Origin: Macrostomum hystrix
Lineage: Eukaryota; Animalia; Platyhelminthes
Direction of reading: 5' to 3'
Assembly: GCA_950097015.1 (NCBI GenBank)
Contig: CATNEN010000031.1
Coordinates: forward strand, 2,852,001 to 2,916,000
Length of the DNA: 64,000 nucleotides
Part shown: piece after piece, positions 11,525 through 24,334 of the stretch
How positions within the stretch are numbered: the first letter of the stretch is position 1
How the letters are laid out: every line of letters begins with the position of its first letter
Made by a program: the position numbers and the translations under genes
The notes under the pieces: generated by a model
Seen by the model: only the letters and a program-made list of their open reading frames with translations
Database searches by the model: none
What the model was told of the DNA's origin: nothing

Positions 11525-11760
11525 AAGGGGTTGTAGCTTAGTGTTTAGAGAGTCAGACCTACGACTTCAAGTTCGATGGGGGGGCTCGATTCCCGACTTC
11601 ACTGGAACATTTTGTGTCCTTTAGCGAGAGACACACTTAACTCTGCATTGCTTCAGTTCACCCAGCAGTTAAATGGGTGCCAGCATCAGCTGGTTGTCGT
11701 ACCGATTTGAACGGGCGAAGGGCCGAAACACACTCCATGGAACTCATGCAGCGAACTAAG
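11525..11760 (+). mobile_element. tRNA-derived SINE-like element
   Basis: A-box-like GTAGCTTAGTG and B-box-like GGCTCGATTCC, followed by GTGTCCTTTAGCGAGAGACACACTTAACT..CACCCAGCAGTTAAATGGGTGCC, which resembles central SINE domains. Confidence 0.55.
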
Positions 11761-12297
11761 AGACAAGAAATAATTTAACGTTAATAGGATTGATAGTTTA
11801 TTGTATTAAGCTCGTAAGAATAAAATTTAAATTACAGATGATTGGATAAATGCTGCAATTAATGCTACTATTTTAACGGAAAACAGTTGTACTTGTACAC
11901 TTGAAAATTGATGTTGCGCTTGGTCTTTAAAAGTTTATTCGTGACATTTTCATATTTTGAATCGGGACAGAACTATAGTAAATAAATAAATATACCATCA
12001 TTTATCTACAGCCATACCCGTCTTATCTTATAAATTCACTTGCACAGTGAAAGCTTTTCAGTACTCTCGTTTCAGTCTGTACCTATCTATAGTGTAGTTT
12101 ATTCTTATTTGAAACTTTATATAATCGACTAAGTAATTAGGAACTCCAGCAATGATAATTAGCTTACATTGCATTAAGAATCACTACTTTATTTCTTGCG
12201 ACAGTATTTTGTCCTTTGTATTGTGTTGCACAATTAGTTTTTTATTGTGCTTGTAACCAGTCTAACAGACTTGCAAATGTAAGACATCAATGACATG

Positions 12298-12322
12298 TGG
12301 TGGCCCTGAAAAGGGCCGTTTT
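12298..12322 (-). terminator. Replication-dependent histone mRNA 3' stem-loop
   Basis: Minus strand AAACGGCCCTTTTCAGGGCCACCA, the canonical SLBP site, about 80 nt after the H4 stop. Confidence 0.95.
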
Positions 12323-12399
12323 AACGTTCATTGTTAAATTTTAAGTTGCAACATCAGCTTGATGCTCGAGGAATACGATTTATTTAGACATTTACTTAG

Positions 12400-12732
<333 letters not shown>

Positions 12733-12793
12733 TTATGTTTGAAGTTGATAGTTAAGTCTTGGGTATGAGTTCGAAGTGTTTTATGGCATTGGC

Positions 12794-12832
12794 ATTTTAT
12801 AAGCCTTCAAGCTTTGCTCGCTTCTTATTGGC
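12794..12832 (-). promoter_or_regulatory. H4 promoter: TATA and CCAAT boxes
   Basis: Minus strand TATAAAA about 85 bp upstream of the ATG and AGCCAAT about 115 bp upstream. Confidence 0.7.
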
Positions 12833-13157
12833 TGACGCCATGAGCAAAATTATCGATCACCCAGTTTTTCTTTAATAAAATTGAACATAAAATTGCTTTA
12901 TCTTCTTTAATTATTTATAACTTGCTTTTTTTGCCCGTTGTTTTTGGGGCAGAAATTTAAAGCAAAGCAGTAAGCAATTCACGTCTCTGTATTAACTTTA
13001 TAGTGAAGGTCACCATTTATTTATTTACTGCATTAATGAAAAGTGAAGAGTTTGTTTAAGGGCGTTTTAAGTAAAAAATAAGTGAAAAGTTTGTCCAAAC
13101 AGCCCCCTCTTGATTACTTCTTTAGAAACATGTCTTTTAGCCACTCCTCTATACAGT

Positions 13158-13430
13158 CAGTGGCAGATCCAGGAATTTTGTTTTGGGGCGGTCTGTCAGG
13201 GGAGCGCCATGAGAATCACAGAGGGGGTGCCAGCGGCCAAAAAAGGGCGCCAGGAGCCAAGAAAGGGCGCCAGCGGCTGAAAAACGGGAGCCAGCGGCTG
13301 AAAAAGGGGCGCCAGCGGCCGAAAAGGGGCGCCAGTCGCAGCACTGGCGCCCCTGGTGGGGGCATCTTATTCCCATGATTAAAATTTAGGGGGGCGACTG
13401 CCCCCCCGCCCCCCCCTAAATCTGCCTCTG
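13158..13430. mobile_element. hAT-type MITE (273 bp) inside Helitron copy 2
   Basis: Imperfect TIRs CAGTGGCAGAT / ATCTGCCTCTG. 8-bp TSD TATACAGT at 13150-13157 and 13431-13438. Internal GGCGCCA repeats. Confidence 0.88.
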
Positions 13431-13582
13431 TATACAGTATGCATGTACACGCGTATACATAAGGAAAATAGCCATGGCATAACAATAACAATGTCAAAGA
13501 AACAAAATTAAACTGTTTCAGAGTTCAGAGTTAGACAGGTCAAGGTCAATTCGTGACTACTTTTCTATTAATTGCTTGCGAG

Positions 13583-14546
13583 TCACCTCAAGGCCTGGGG
13601 ATACACCACATTCTTCGTTCTTCCCCTTGGTGCGAAAATGAATAGGCCAGCTGGAGTTCCAACATGGGAGCAGGCGACATAAAGCTGCCCATGCGAGAAG
13701 CAAGGAGTCTCCAGGTTGATGCCAGCCACCTTCAGCGACTGTCCCTGAGCCTTGTTAATAGTCATCGCAAAGCACACTCTCACAGGGAACTTCAGTCGCT
13801 TGAACTGAAATGGCAGGTCCGTGGGGATAATTGGAATCCGGGGAACGAACACAGACTCTCCTCTGCCAGATCCAGTCATTATCGTGGCCTCAATCACGTG
13901 TGGGAAGAGCCGCCTGACTATCAGTCTGGTGCCGTTACACAGCCTTGGCGCATTCAGGTTGCGGAGGAGCATAACTGGTGCCCCAACTTTCAGCTGCAAG
14001 TTGTGCGATGGAGTTCCAGGAGGATCTAGAGAGTTCAGAAACTCAACAGGATACTCCACAGCGGTGTCATCAGTCAACGTTGTATCAATTGACTTGTAGG
14101 TGAAAACTGCACCTGGCAACTCCTGAAGCAGTTGGTAGTTAATTTCGTTGGCGGCATCATTTCTAGGACACAGAATTGCCCTCTCTGACAGCCAGTCAAC
14201 GTCAGCATATCGAACCATCAGGTTTGGGTAAACTTTTGCCTTGAGCTCCTGCACTGACTGCACAATGGTTCCGATTGTAGCGATCGATGACTGCCCATCC
14301 TCGGTGCTAATCTCCAGCAGACCATTGCCGATTCGCAATAGATTGGCAGAGAACTCATGAGCTGTTTCGTCTCCTTGAATTGTAGCTCTCATGTTTGTTC
14401 GTAGGTGCAACTTCACAACCGATGGCCACAGGTGAGATGATTTTAGGCAAGCATTAATCTCATCAGCAGGAGTGCCACGCGGAATCACAGGCAGCGTCTG
14501 TCTAAAGTCTCCAGACAGCAGCAGAGTGACACCACCCATCAGTTGA
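13583..14546 (-). pseudogene. Helitron PIF1 helicase C-terminal half
   Basis: GDFRQTLPV, RAILCPRND, EFLNSL, LLRNLN..LCNGTRL, FAMTINKAQGQSL, FSHGQLYVACS, TKNVVY. The N-terminal part is deleted. Confidence 0.92.
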
Positions 14547-16509
14547 TCGCCAGCCTCTCTCTTTCTTCTATCCCAGGCTGGCTGGAAAGAAATATCGACC
14601 GGAGAGCCTAGCTGCGCACTGGGACGCCACCGCACTCACCGCACTCAGTCTCAGTGCTGCTTGGGGGCCAGTAGACAGTCTAGGGGTTTGGGCTGTGTAC
14701 ATTCACGGCTTGAAATACAATGTACAGTCTGGGGCTTCGGCGCCCGGGGAAGGGAGGGGGTGGCTGTAATAAAATTTGGCCCGCAGAGTGGCGGAGGGGA
14801 GTTGGGGTGGCTGTCCTCGGAAAACAAAAAGTGACTCACTTTGAGATGATGCAGCTTTGCTCTGGATTGAGTAGAGATGTTCAAAATTGACAGCATTGTT
14901 GGAAAACATGTAAAGTGTAAGTGGATCAAATTTGGAGAAAATCTGACAAATTGGGGCGACGATATGTCGAATTGAGTGATTTTTTTACGATTTTTGAGCA
15001 GTTTTTTGCACTTTTGAGCAGGAAGGAAATGATTTTTCGGGAATTTGAGTAGCCTATTGCACTCAGCGTAGGTGGTTTTAGGTATGTGCAAAGTTTGGTG
15101 CGATTTGGTTGAGCGGTTTCGGCGTCTATAAAGACAAAAGGTTGCACACAGACAGACAGACAGACAGACAGAGTTTTCACTTTTATATATATAGATCTTC
15201 AGTCAATTTTTTCGACTAAATAAGGTATATCATATAGAAATGCCCAACAAACCTTTCTTGGACTAAACAAACCTTGAAGTTACTATACAATCGTAGCTAG
15301 TAAAGTTAAATAAGCTACAAGCTACGCAACGCATAGCAAATCAAAGCATAGCAAAAAAAGTTGTGATAGTAGAGAAATATATAGTTTTACCTAAGTATTC
15401 AAGCTCATTTACAACCATGCAGAATTTTAACATGGCAATATATATTAACGTTTTTATTTACCTTTTTAAAGAAGTTTATGAGTGTTATAATTCGCATTAG
15501 TTTTATATCTAAAACGGCCCATTTCAGGACCGACTGTAATAGAGCAGTTTTACATAGGCCACTGAATACGTAGGCTTCATGCCATATTTTTTCATCAAAG
15601 AAGCTACCAATTTATAAGTAAGGATTGAGTTTTTCAAAATTCAGGAGTACATTTACTACGAACAATTTTTTTCCTTTAAACGGCCCTTTATAGGGTAAAA
15701 TTTGGAAGCGATGTTCCACCAAGCAGTGATAAAAAATATAATATTAGTAATGATCTAAGACATGATCTATTACATCAAACGAGTGCTTATTATGTCTTAA
15801 CTAATGAACATAAAAAATGTCACTCCTTTTGTACTCTCGTAGACTCGTACTGTGTTGAAAAATGGCTTGAGTTGAGTTCTCAATGTCTCATGTTATCTGT
15901 CGAATTGATTATCAAACTGATTATTATACCCCAAATTGGTTACAAATTGATTACAAATTGATTACAATTGATTACAAATTGATTATTATACCCCAGTTTC
16001 TAAAACGTTGATTTTACGTTGGGGGAGTCTCAAGCACATCTTATCTCGGTCTCGTTTGTCCTGCACTTCGACCTAACTAGTTTCTAAGTTTCCATAATTT
16101 CTTTCCTTTCCAGGATTTTAATACTTAGTACTCGTATTACTGCTTTCGAATGATTTTAATGCAACGAGCTTGCAACTGGCTGTTTAATATTAATAAATTA
16201 GTTTTCTTTGATAAATTTGAAGGTCCGCAACTCGATAAAATATATTCATGTTTCTACTCTCAGTAAGTAGTATTCTATAGTAAAAAGTTATTTTAAGCAA
16301 GTTTTGCCCGTAGCTTTTGTCGTATTGTTAATTAAAAAAATACCAGCTGATATTGTATTTGAAATTAATAAAAGTTAACATGAAGAACATTTGAGTAAAC
16401 GGACAGCAGTGAAACACACACAAATAGTATGAGCTGTTGGACACCACCCGCAGTTGCATAATGTGGGGATTGGATCGCCTTGACATATAAAAAATTCAAA
16501 CAAAAATTC

Positions 16510-18366
16510 CTAGTCGTATGGGCACTCGCCAATCATAGGATCTGGGCAGCTGTCCTCCCAGAAGCATGTTGCTAAACAGTAGTTGAAATGCGTTATGCCA
16601 TTGCAGCAAACCGGATTATAAGTTGATGGACACTTTCTACGACCGCAGTTGAATGAAACTTCATCGACTGGAGAGCCAGGCCACATTGGGAGATTTAGAT
16701 CCGGCTCTTCCGGGTCTAAGGACGCCAGAATGTTATCAAGATTGTAGTTGTAAGTCTCAGATTCATCTGTCTTATAAATTGGTTCCGTTGGTTCCACTTC
16801 AGGTTCTTGCGTTGGTTCCACTTCAGGTTCTTGCGTTGGTTCCACTGTAGGTTCTTGCGTTGGTTCCACTTCAGGTTCTTGCGTTGGTTCCACTTCAGGT
16901 TCTTGCGTTGGTTCCACTTCAGGTTCTTGCGTTGGTTCCACTTCAGGTTCTTGCGTTGGTTCCACTGTAGGTTCTTGCGTTGGTTCCACTGTAGGTTCTT
17001 GCGTTGGTTCCACTTCAGGTTCTTGCGTTGGTTCCACTTCAGGTTCTTGCGTTGGTTCCACTTCAGGTTCTTGCGTTGGTTCCACTTCAGGTTCTTGCGT
17101 TGGTTCCACTTCAGGTTCTTGCGTTGGTTCCACTTCAGGTTCTTGCGTTGGTTCCACTGTAGGTTCTTGCGTTGGTTCCACTGTAGGTTCTTGCGTTGGT
17201 TCCACTTCAGGTTCTTGCGTTGGTTCCACTGTAGGTTCTTGCGTTGGTTCCACTTCAGGTTCTTGCGTTGGTTCCACTTCAGGTTCTTGCGTTGGTTCCA
17301 CTTCAGGTTCTTGCGTTGGTTCCACTGTAGGTTCTTGCGTTGGTTCCACTTCAGGTTCTTGCGTTGGTTTCACTTCAGGTTCTTGCGTTGGTTCCACTGT
17401 AGGTTCTTGCGTTGGTTCCACTGTAGGTTCTTGCGTTGGTTCCACTGTAGGTTCTTGCGTTGGTTCCACTGTAGGTTCTTGCGTTGGTTCCACTGTAGGT
17501 TCTTGCGTTGGTTCCACTGTAGGTTCTTGCGTTGGTTCCACTGTAGGTTCTTGCGTTGGTTCCACTGTAGGTTCTTGCGTTGGTTCCACTGTAGGTTCTT
17601 GCGTTGGTTCCACTGTAGGTTCTTGCGTTGGTTCCACTGTAGGTTCTTGCGTTGGTTCCACTGTAGGTTCTGTTAAAGATGTTGAAGTCACTTCAGGCAC
17701 TGATGTTGAAGTCACTTCAGGCACTGATGTTGAAGTCACTTCAGGCACTGATGTTGAAGTCACTTCAGGCACTGATGTTGAAGTCACTTCAGGCACTGAT
17801 GTTGAAGTCACTTCAGGCACTGATGTTGAAGTCACTTCAGGCACTGATGTTGAAGTCACTTCAGGCACTGATGTTGAAGTCACTTCAGGCACTGATGTTG
17901 AAGTCACTTCAGGCACTGATGTTGAAGTCACTTCAGGCACTGATGTTGAAGTCACTTCAGGCACTGATGTTGAAGTCACTTCAGGCACTGATGTTGAAGT
18001 CACTTCAGGCACTGATGTTGAAGTCACTTCAGGCACTGATGTTGAAGTCACTTCAGGCACTGATGTTGAAGTCACTTCAGGCACTGATGTTGAAGTCACT
18101 TCAGGCACTGATGTTGAAGTCACTTCAGGCACTGATGTTGAAGTCACTTCAGGCACTGATGTTGAAGTCGCTTCAGGCACTGATGTTGAAGTCACTTCAG
18201 GCACTGATGTTGAAGTCGCTTCTGTCAGTGGAGTTTTAGTCTCAGCAGCAGGCACCGGAGTTGTAATCAGCTCGCGAACAGTAGAAGTACTGTTTAGTTG
18301 AGTAGCCACAGAGCAGGACATGATGACTGCCAGTAGAAACACAGACTGATGATTTCTAGAAGCCAT
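16510..18366 (-). CDS. Secreted mucin-like protein (TSTSVPEV and EPTQEPTV/EPEV repeats) with a C-terminal atypical Kazal domain, 618 aa from the likely start Met
   Basis: Signal-peptide-like MASRNHQSVFLLAVIMSCSVAT. Two in-frame 24-bp arrays. Unique tail CPSTYNPVCCNGITHFNYCLATC matches the Kazal pattern. An upstream in-frame ATG lies at 18471. Confidence 0.8.
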   Translation of the reverse strand: MASRNHQSVFLLAVIMSCSVATQLNSTSTVRELITTPVPAAETKTPLTEATSTSVPEVTSTSVPEATSTSVPEVTSTSVPEVTSTSVPEVTSTSVPEVTSTSVPEVTSTSVPEVTSTSVPEVTSTSVPEVTSTSVPEVTSTSVPEVTSTSVPEVTSTSVPEVTSTSVPEVTSTSVPEVTSTSVPEVTSTSVPEVTSTSVPEVTSTSVPEVTSTSVPEVTSTSVPEVTSTSLTEPTVEPTQEPTVEPTQEPTVEPTQEPTVEPTQEPTVEPTQEPTVEPTQEPTVEPTQEPTVEPTQEPTVEPTQEPTVEPTQEPTVEPTQEPTVEPTQEPEVKPTQEPEVEPTQEPTVEPTQEPEVEPTQEPEVEPTQEPEVEPTQEPTVEPTQEPEVEPTQEPTVEPTQEPTVEPTQEPEVEPTQEPEVEPTQEPEVEPTQEPEVEPTQEPEVEPTQEPEVEPTQEPTVEPTQEPTVEPTQEPEVEPTQEPEVEPTQEPEVEPTQEPEVEPTQEPTVEPTQEPEVEPTQEPEVEPTEPIYKTDESETYNYNLDNILASLDPEEPDLNLPMWPGSPVDEVSFNCGRRKCPSTYNPVCCNGITHFNYCLATCFWEDSCPDPMIGECPYD

Positions 18367-18715
18367 GATAATATATATTATTATTATATTTTCGACAATA
18401 ATAAAAGTTGACACTGCAGGAAAAGTGGCAGTTGAGTGTTTAGGTAACCCTGCTTTTATGGACTTGGCCATCGAAGTTTACGACAGGAGCAAGGTGCGAT
18501 AAAAAAGTTTAAATTTTCAATTGTGACTCGCAAATTTAATTGCAAGCTGCGTGCATGTAACAGATTAATTAGCACTTATTAACCTAACATGCAGCTGAAT
18601 GCTTTCAAAATTGTTACTGATCTGAAAATAAAATACAAAAAAACACAATAGAAATTAAAAACATTTTAACTAATTGAGTACGATTGCAGTAATAGCTGAT
18701 AATATGTATCCTCAA

Positions 18716-19840
18716 TCTGTCCAATAAGGTGTGTCACCTGTCCAATAAGGTGTGTCACCTGTCCGATATGGTGTGTCACCTGTCCAATAAGGTGTGTCAC
18801 ATGTCCAATAAGGTGTGTCACCTGTCCAATAAGGTGTGTCACCTGTCCGATATGGTGTGTCACCTGTCCAATAAGGTGTGTCACCTGTCCAATAAGGTGT
18901 GTCACCTGTCCAATAAGGTGTGTCACCTGTCCGATATGGTCACCTAGCTGTCCAATAAGGTGTGTCACCTGTCCAATAAGGTGTGTCACCTGTCCAATAA
19001 GGTGTGTCACCTGTCCAATAAGGTGTGTCACCTGTCCAATAAGGTGTGTCACCTGTCCAATAAGGTATGTCACCTGTCCGATATGGTGTGTCACCTGTCC
19101 AATAAGGTGTGTCACCTGTCCGATATGGTGTGTCACCTAGCTGTCCAATAAGGTGTGTCACCTGTCCAATAAGGTGTGTCACTTGTCCAATAAGGTGTGT
19201 CACCTGCCCGATATGGTGTGTCACCTAGCTGTCCAATAAGGTGTGTCACCTGTCCAATAAGGTGTGTCACCTGTCCGATATGGTGTGTCACCTAGCTCTC
19301 CAATAAGGTGTGTCACCTGTCCAATAAGGTGTGTCACCTGTCCAATAAGGTGTGTCACCTGTCCAATAAGGTGTGTCACCTGTCCAATAAGGTGTGTCAC
19401 CTGTCCAATAAGGTGTGTCACCTGTCCAATAAGGTATGTCACCTGTCCGATATGGTGTGTCACCTGTCCAATAAGGTGTGTCACCTGTCCGATATGGTGT
19501 GTCACCTGTCCGATATGGTGTGTCACCTGTCCAATAAGGTGTCACCTGTCCAATAAGGTGTGTCACCTGTCCAATAAGGTGTGTCACCTGTCCGATATAA
19601 AAGGTGTCTCGCCTGTGCAATATGTTGTGTCACTAGACGACAATGGTTTTCACCTGTGCGATAAGGGGTATCACCTGTACGATTAGGGGTGTCGCCTGTC
19701 CGATAAGAATGTCACCTGTACGATAAGGGGTTGCCACCTGTACTATAAGGGTGTCCCCAGTACGAGAAAATATGTGTCACCTTGTCGGGTTGGGTTTTAC
19801 AAGCTGTACGATAAGGGGTGTCACCTGTACGATAACCTGT
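18716..19840. repeat. 21-bp minisatellite (TGTCCAATAAGGTGTGTCACC), degenerating after ~19600
   Basis: Direct periodicity, with a TGTCCGATATGG variant and recurrent TAGC insertions. Confidence 0.95.
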
Positions 19841-19880
19841 CCCAAAACTTTGTCGATAAGGCTGGCTTTTTGCGAAGTCT

Positions 19881-20730
19881 TCTAATACCTAAATCTGTGT
19901 ATGTTTCTGCCTATGTCTGTCTGTCTGTCTGTCTGTCTGTCCGTATGTTTCACGTTTTAAGCTGAATGCCTGGACCATTTTCAACCGGATTTGTTGAATT
20001 CGATTCGAAATTTTCAGCCGGTGGTGTGGCTTAAAATTGGTTGAATTCTGTTTATATTAAGACTGTTAAATTGACAGAAAACTGTATTTTTTGCAAAGTT
20101 CATTCAAGTTCAAACATGCTCGGCTGCTCTGGCTTGCTAAAAGTGTTCATTTCATTAGATTGCATCAGCAGTGCCCAAGTTCAATTTACTCTCTTACCCT
20201 CTTTTCTGCATAGGCTAAAAAATCCATGCGCATCAATGTGCGTGTGGACCTTTCCTGCCGGCCAAATGAATTGCCCAGTGCTAAATGTGCATATCGTGTG
20301 TATTTGTGGGTCCCGCTTACCCTGGCTGGCTGAATTATTCATTGCTAGCCTAGACGCACTAAAATGTACACTTCTTAGCTAGCTAGCAGTGAGAGATTCA
20401 AACATAAATATGCAGATTTTTGTGCCCTCACATCAACGGTCGGATAGCCAGCTGGTAGGCACTTAGGCTAGGTTAGGCTAGGATTCCCCGGCTCGAGTCC
20501 CCAGTGCGGCTGGCAAATTAATTGTCTTAATGGATGCCACCTGCTACTTTCAGTAACAGTCAGTGTGCTAAGTAACATTTTTTCTTTTGTATGTTTCACG
20601 TATGTTTCACGTTTTTAAGCTGAATGCTAAATGAGATTATCGCTTACATTTGCGATTGGCTGCTGCATTCAATACAGAAATTTCTGTATTGACAGGGTAC
20701 AGTTTGTACAGGTACAAAGGCGAATGTACA
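19881..20730 (+). mobile_element. Old degenerate Helitron-like element with a tRNA-like segment
   Basis: TCTAATACCTAAA start, then a (TGTC)n microsatellite and a TCAACCGGATTT motif. The tRNA-like block at 20437-20515 resembles 28060-28135 in Helitron unit 5. Confidence 0.4.
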
Positions 20731-20758
20731 AATCCACTATACTAAAAATGAAATGCTT

Positions 20759-21110
20759 GCTAAACCAGAGTCTGAATCATGGCTAAACCAGCGTCTGAAT
20801 CATGGCTAAAGCAGAGTTTGAATCATGGCTAAACCAGAGTCTGAATCATGGCTAAACCAGAGTTTGAATCAAGGCGAAACCAGAGTTTGAATCATGGCTA
20901 CACCAGAGTTTAAATCATGGCTAAAACAGAGTTTGAATCATGGCTAAAGCAGACTTTAAATCATCACAGCGTCTGAATCATGGCTAAACCAGAGTTTGAA
21001 TCATGGCTAAATTAGAGTTTGAATCATGGTAAAACGAGAGTTTGAATCATAGCCCACCAGGGTTTAAAACATGGCGGAACCTGAGTTTGAATCTTGGCTA
21101 ACCCAGCGTT
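20759..21110. repeat. 23-bp minisatellite (CTAAACCAGAGTCTGAATCATGG)
   Basis: Direct periodicity. Same unit as 28220-28935. Confidence 0.9.
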
Positions 21111-21119
21111 TGAAAAATC

Positions 21120-23045
21120 AACGTCAACTGGGGAGTCATCATCAAAATGGGGATCAAGGTAAACTGGGTGATCATCATCAACTGGGGGATCATTGTCAAC
21201 TGGAGGAACATTGTCAGCTGGAGGAACATTGTTAACTGGGGATCATCATCAATGGGAAGACTTCATCAACTGGGGGATCATTGTGTACTGGGGGATCTTT
21301 GTTAACTGGGGAATCATTCTCAACTGGGGAATCATTCTCAACTGGGGGATCATTCTCAACTGGGGGATCATTGTCAACTGTGGGATCATTGTCAACTGGG
21401 GGATCGTTGTCAACTGGGGGATCATTTTCAAATGGGGGATCATCATCAACTGGGGGATCATCATCAACTGGGGGATCATCATCAACTGGGGGATCATTGT
21501 GAACTGGGCAAAACGAGAGTTTGAATCATAGCCCACCAGGGTTTAAAACATGGCGAAATCTGAGTTTGAATCTTGGCTTACCCAGCGTTTGAAAAATCAA
21601 CGTCAACTGGGGAGTCATCATCAAAATGGGGATCATGGTAAAATGGGGGATAATCGTCAACTGGGGGATCATGGTAAACTGGGGGATAATTGTCAACTGG
21701 GGAATCATCATCAAATGGGGGATCATGGTCAACTTGGGGATCATTGTCAACTGGGTGATCATCATCAACTGGGGATCATCATCAACTGGGGGTTCATTGT
21801 CAACTGTGGGATCATTGTCAACCGGCGGGATCATTGTCAACTGGGGGATCATTGTCAACTGGGGGATCATTGTCAACTGGGGGATCATTGTCAACTGGGG
21901 GGTAATGTTCAACTGGGGGATAATTGTCAACTGGGGAATCATCATCAAATGGGGGATCATGGTCAACTTGGGGATCATTGTCAACTGGGTGATCATCATC
22001 AACTGGGGGATCATCATCAACTGGGGGATCGTTGTCAACTGGGGGTTCATTGTCAACTGTGGGATCATTGTCAACTGGGGGATCATTGTCAACTCGGGGA
22101 TCATTGTGAACTGGTGGATCGTTGTCAACTGGGGGTTCATTGTCAACTGGGTGATCATCATCAACTGGGGGATCATTGTCAATTGGGGGAACATTGTCAA
22201 CTGGAAGAACATTGTTAACTGGGGATCGTCATCAATGGGGAGTCATCATCAACTGGGGGATCATTGTGAACTGGAGGATCTTTGTCAACTGGGGGATCAT
22301 TGTCAACTGGGGGATCATTGTCAACTGGGGGATCATTGTCAACTGGGGGATCATTGTCAACTGGGGGATCATTGTCAACTGGGGGTTCATTGTCAACTGG
22401 GGGATCATTGTCAACTGGGGGATCATTGTCAACTGGGGGATCGTTGTCAACTGGGGGTTCATTGTCAACTGGGGGATCATTGTCAACTGGGGGATCATTG
22501 TCAACTGGGGGATCATCATCAACTGGGGGATCATTGTCAACTGGGGGTTCATTGTCAACTGTGGGATCATTGTCAACGGGCGGGATCATTGTCAACTGGG
22601 AGATCATCATCAACGGGGGGATCATCATCAAATGGGGGATCATTGTCAACTGTGGGATCATTTTCAACTGGGGGTTCATTGTCAACTGGGGGATCATTGT
22701 CAACTGGGGGATCATTGTCAACTGGGGGATCGTTGTCAACTGGGGGTTCATTGTCAACTGGGGGATCATTGTCAACTGGGGGATCATTGTCAACTGGGGG
22801 ATCATCATCAACTGGGGGATCATTGTCAACTGGGGGTTCATTGTCAACTGTGGGATCATTGTCAACGGGCGGGATCATTGTCAACTGGGAGATCATCATC
22901 AACGGGGGGATCATCATCAAATGGGGGATCATTGTGAACTGTGGGATCATTTTCAACTGGGGGATCATTGTCAACTGGGGTATTATTGTCAACTGGGGGT
23001 TCATTGTCAACTGGGGGATCATTGTCAACTGGGGGATCATTGTAG
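21120..23045. repeat. 18-bp minisatellite (AACTGGGGGATCATTGTC)
   Basis: Direct periodicity, briefly interrupted near 21510-21600 by a duplicated junction segment. Confidence 0.95.
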
Positions 23046-23136
23046 CTTTAAAAAGCTGTAAATTCAGCTGCTAAAAAGTATATACTAGACGAATTAAAAG
23101 TATTTCTGCTCCCCGAAGGGGGGCAAAACTTGCTAG

Positions 23137-23463
23137 TCTAATATACTAAAAATGAAAATCTTGCTTGCTTGTTTGCAATCGACTAGCTCCCGAACGGCTC
23201 AACCGATTTTCACAATTCCTTCGCCAAAAGATCACAAATGGGCCCGAATCGGTACACGTATTTTTTTTTAGCTTAATTCCATTGCCAAGGGGATTAAATA
23301 TTCGAAAAACAGTTTTAAATAGGCTTTTCTAATGCATTCTTGTTTTCAGCTTGTGCACAGTGAGGCTCCAGTGCCAATTTTTATGATTGCATCAGAGCCA
23401 GTTTTGATAACGAACTGATAAGAACTCCAGTGAGGCTACCCAGAGGGTAGCGAAGGCAGCTAG
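23137..23463 (+). mobile_element. Non-autonomous Helitron, stack unit 2
   Basis: TCTAATATACTAAAAATG start. Hairpin GCTACCC-AGA-GGGTAGC then CTAG end. Confidence 0.88.
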
Positions 23464-23806
23464 TCTAATATACTAAAAATGAAAATCTTGTTTGTATGTT
23501 TGTATGTTTGTATGTTTGCAATCGACTAGCTCCCGAACGGCTCAACCGATTTTCAAAATTCCTTCGCCAAAAGATCACAAATGGGCCGGAATCGGTACAC
23601 GTAATTTTATTAAGCTTAATTCCATTGCCAAGGGGATTAAATATTCGAAAAACAGTTTTAAATAGGCTTTTCTAATGCATTCTTGTTTTCAGCTTGTGCA
23701 CAGTGAGGCTCCAGTGCCAATTTTTATGATTGCATCAGAGCCAGTTTTGATAACGAACTGATAAGAACTCCAGTGAGGCTACCCAGAGGGTAGCGAAGGC
23801 AGCTAG
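23464..23806 (+). mobile_element. Non-autonomous Helitron, stack unit 3 (near-identical to unit 2)
   Basis: Same ends as unit 2. Differs mainly in the 5' microsatellite. Confidence 0.88.
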
Positions 23807-24334
23807 TATATACTAAAAATGAAATGGTTGCTTGGTTGCTTGTAATTGATTTTCTCCCGAACGGCTCAACCGATTTTCACCATTTCTTCACCAAAATATG
23901 CCAAATATGGGCAGAATTTTACACGTATTTTTAATATGCTTAACTTCATTGTTAAGGGGATTAAATATTCGAAAAACTGTTTTAGATAGGATTTTTAATG
24001 CATTTCATCAGAGCCAGTTTTGTCAACGTGCATTCCACTGCCAATTTTATTGATTGCATCAGGGCCAGTTTTGTTAATAGTGAGTACACTGATAAGAATT
24101 TCACTGTGTCAAATGTACATAGCTATGTCAACCCCACTGACGAGACAGTCAGTACGAATTTATAAATAGATTACATCACAGCTTTTCTCACCCGTGTGTG
24201 TGTGTGTGTGTTTGATTTGAATAGGTAAAATGTGCATAGCAGACTTCAATTCAACGATATATTGAGACATCTACTCCTTTCTTACTACAACATATAAATC
24301 ATCAAATCTTTAACAAAATTTCAATCGAGAAAAG

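Larger units (their letters stand above)
12921..15195 (-). mobile_element. Internally deleted Helitron, copy 2 (same family as copy 1)
   Basis: The ~630 bp 5' segment and ~145 bp 3' segment are nearly identical to copy 1. The 5' end is TCTATATATATAAAAG. The 3' end reads CAAG instead of CTAG. A/T insertion site. Confidence 0.92.
20733..23136 (+). mobile_element. Non-autonomous Helitron, stack unit 1
   Basis: A^TCCACTATACTAAAAATG start. Hairpin GCTCCCC-GAA-GGGGGGC then CTAG end. Carries 23-bp and 18-bp minisatellites. Confidence 0.85.

Noticed and set aside
15196-15500. Possible decayed H3 coding sequence (ACT AAA CAA ACC = TKQT) upstream of the orphan stem-loop
   Set aside because: Similarity is limited to a few codons in AT-rich sequence and cannot be supported by eye.
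16807-18239. Plus-strand ORFs RWFHFRFL and MLKSLQAL
   Set aside because: Antisense shadows of the mucin repeats. Only the minus frame has a signal peptide and a Kazal domain.
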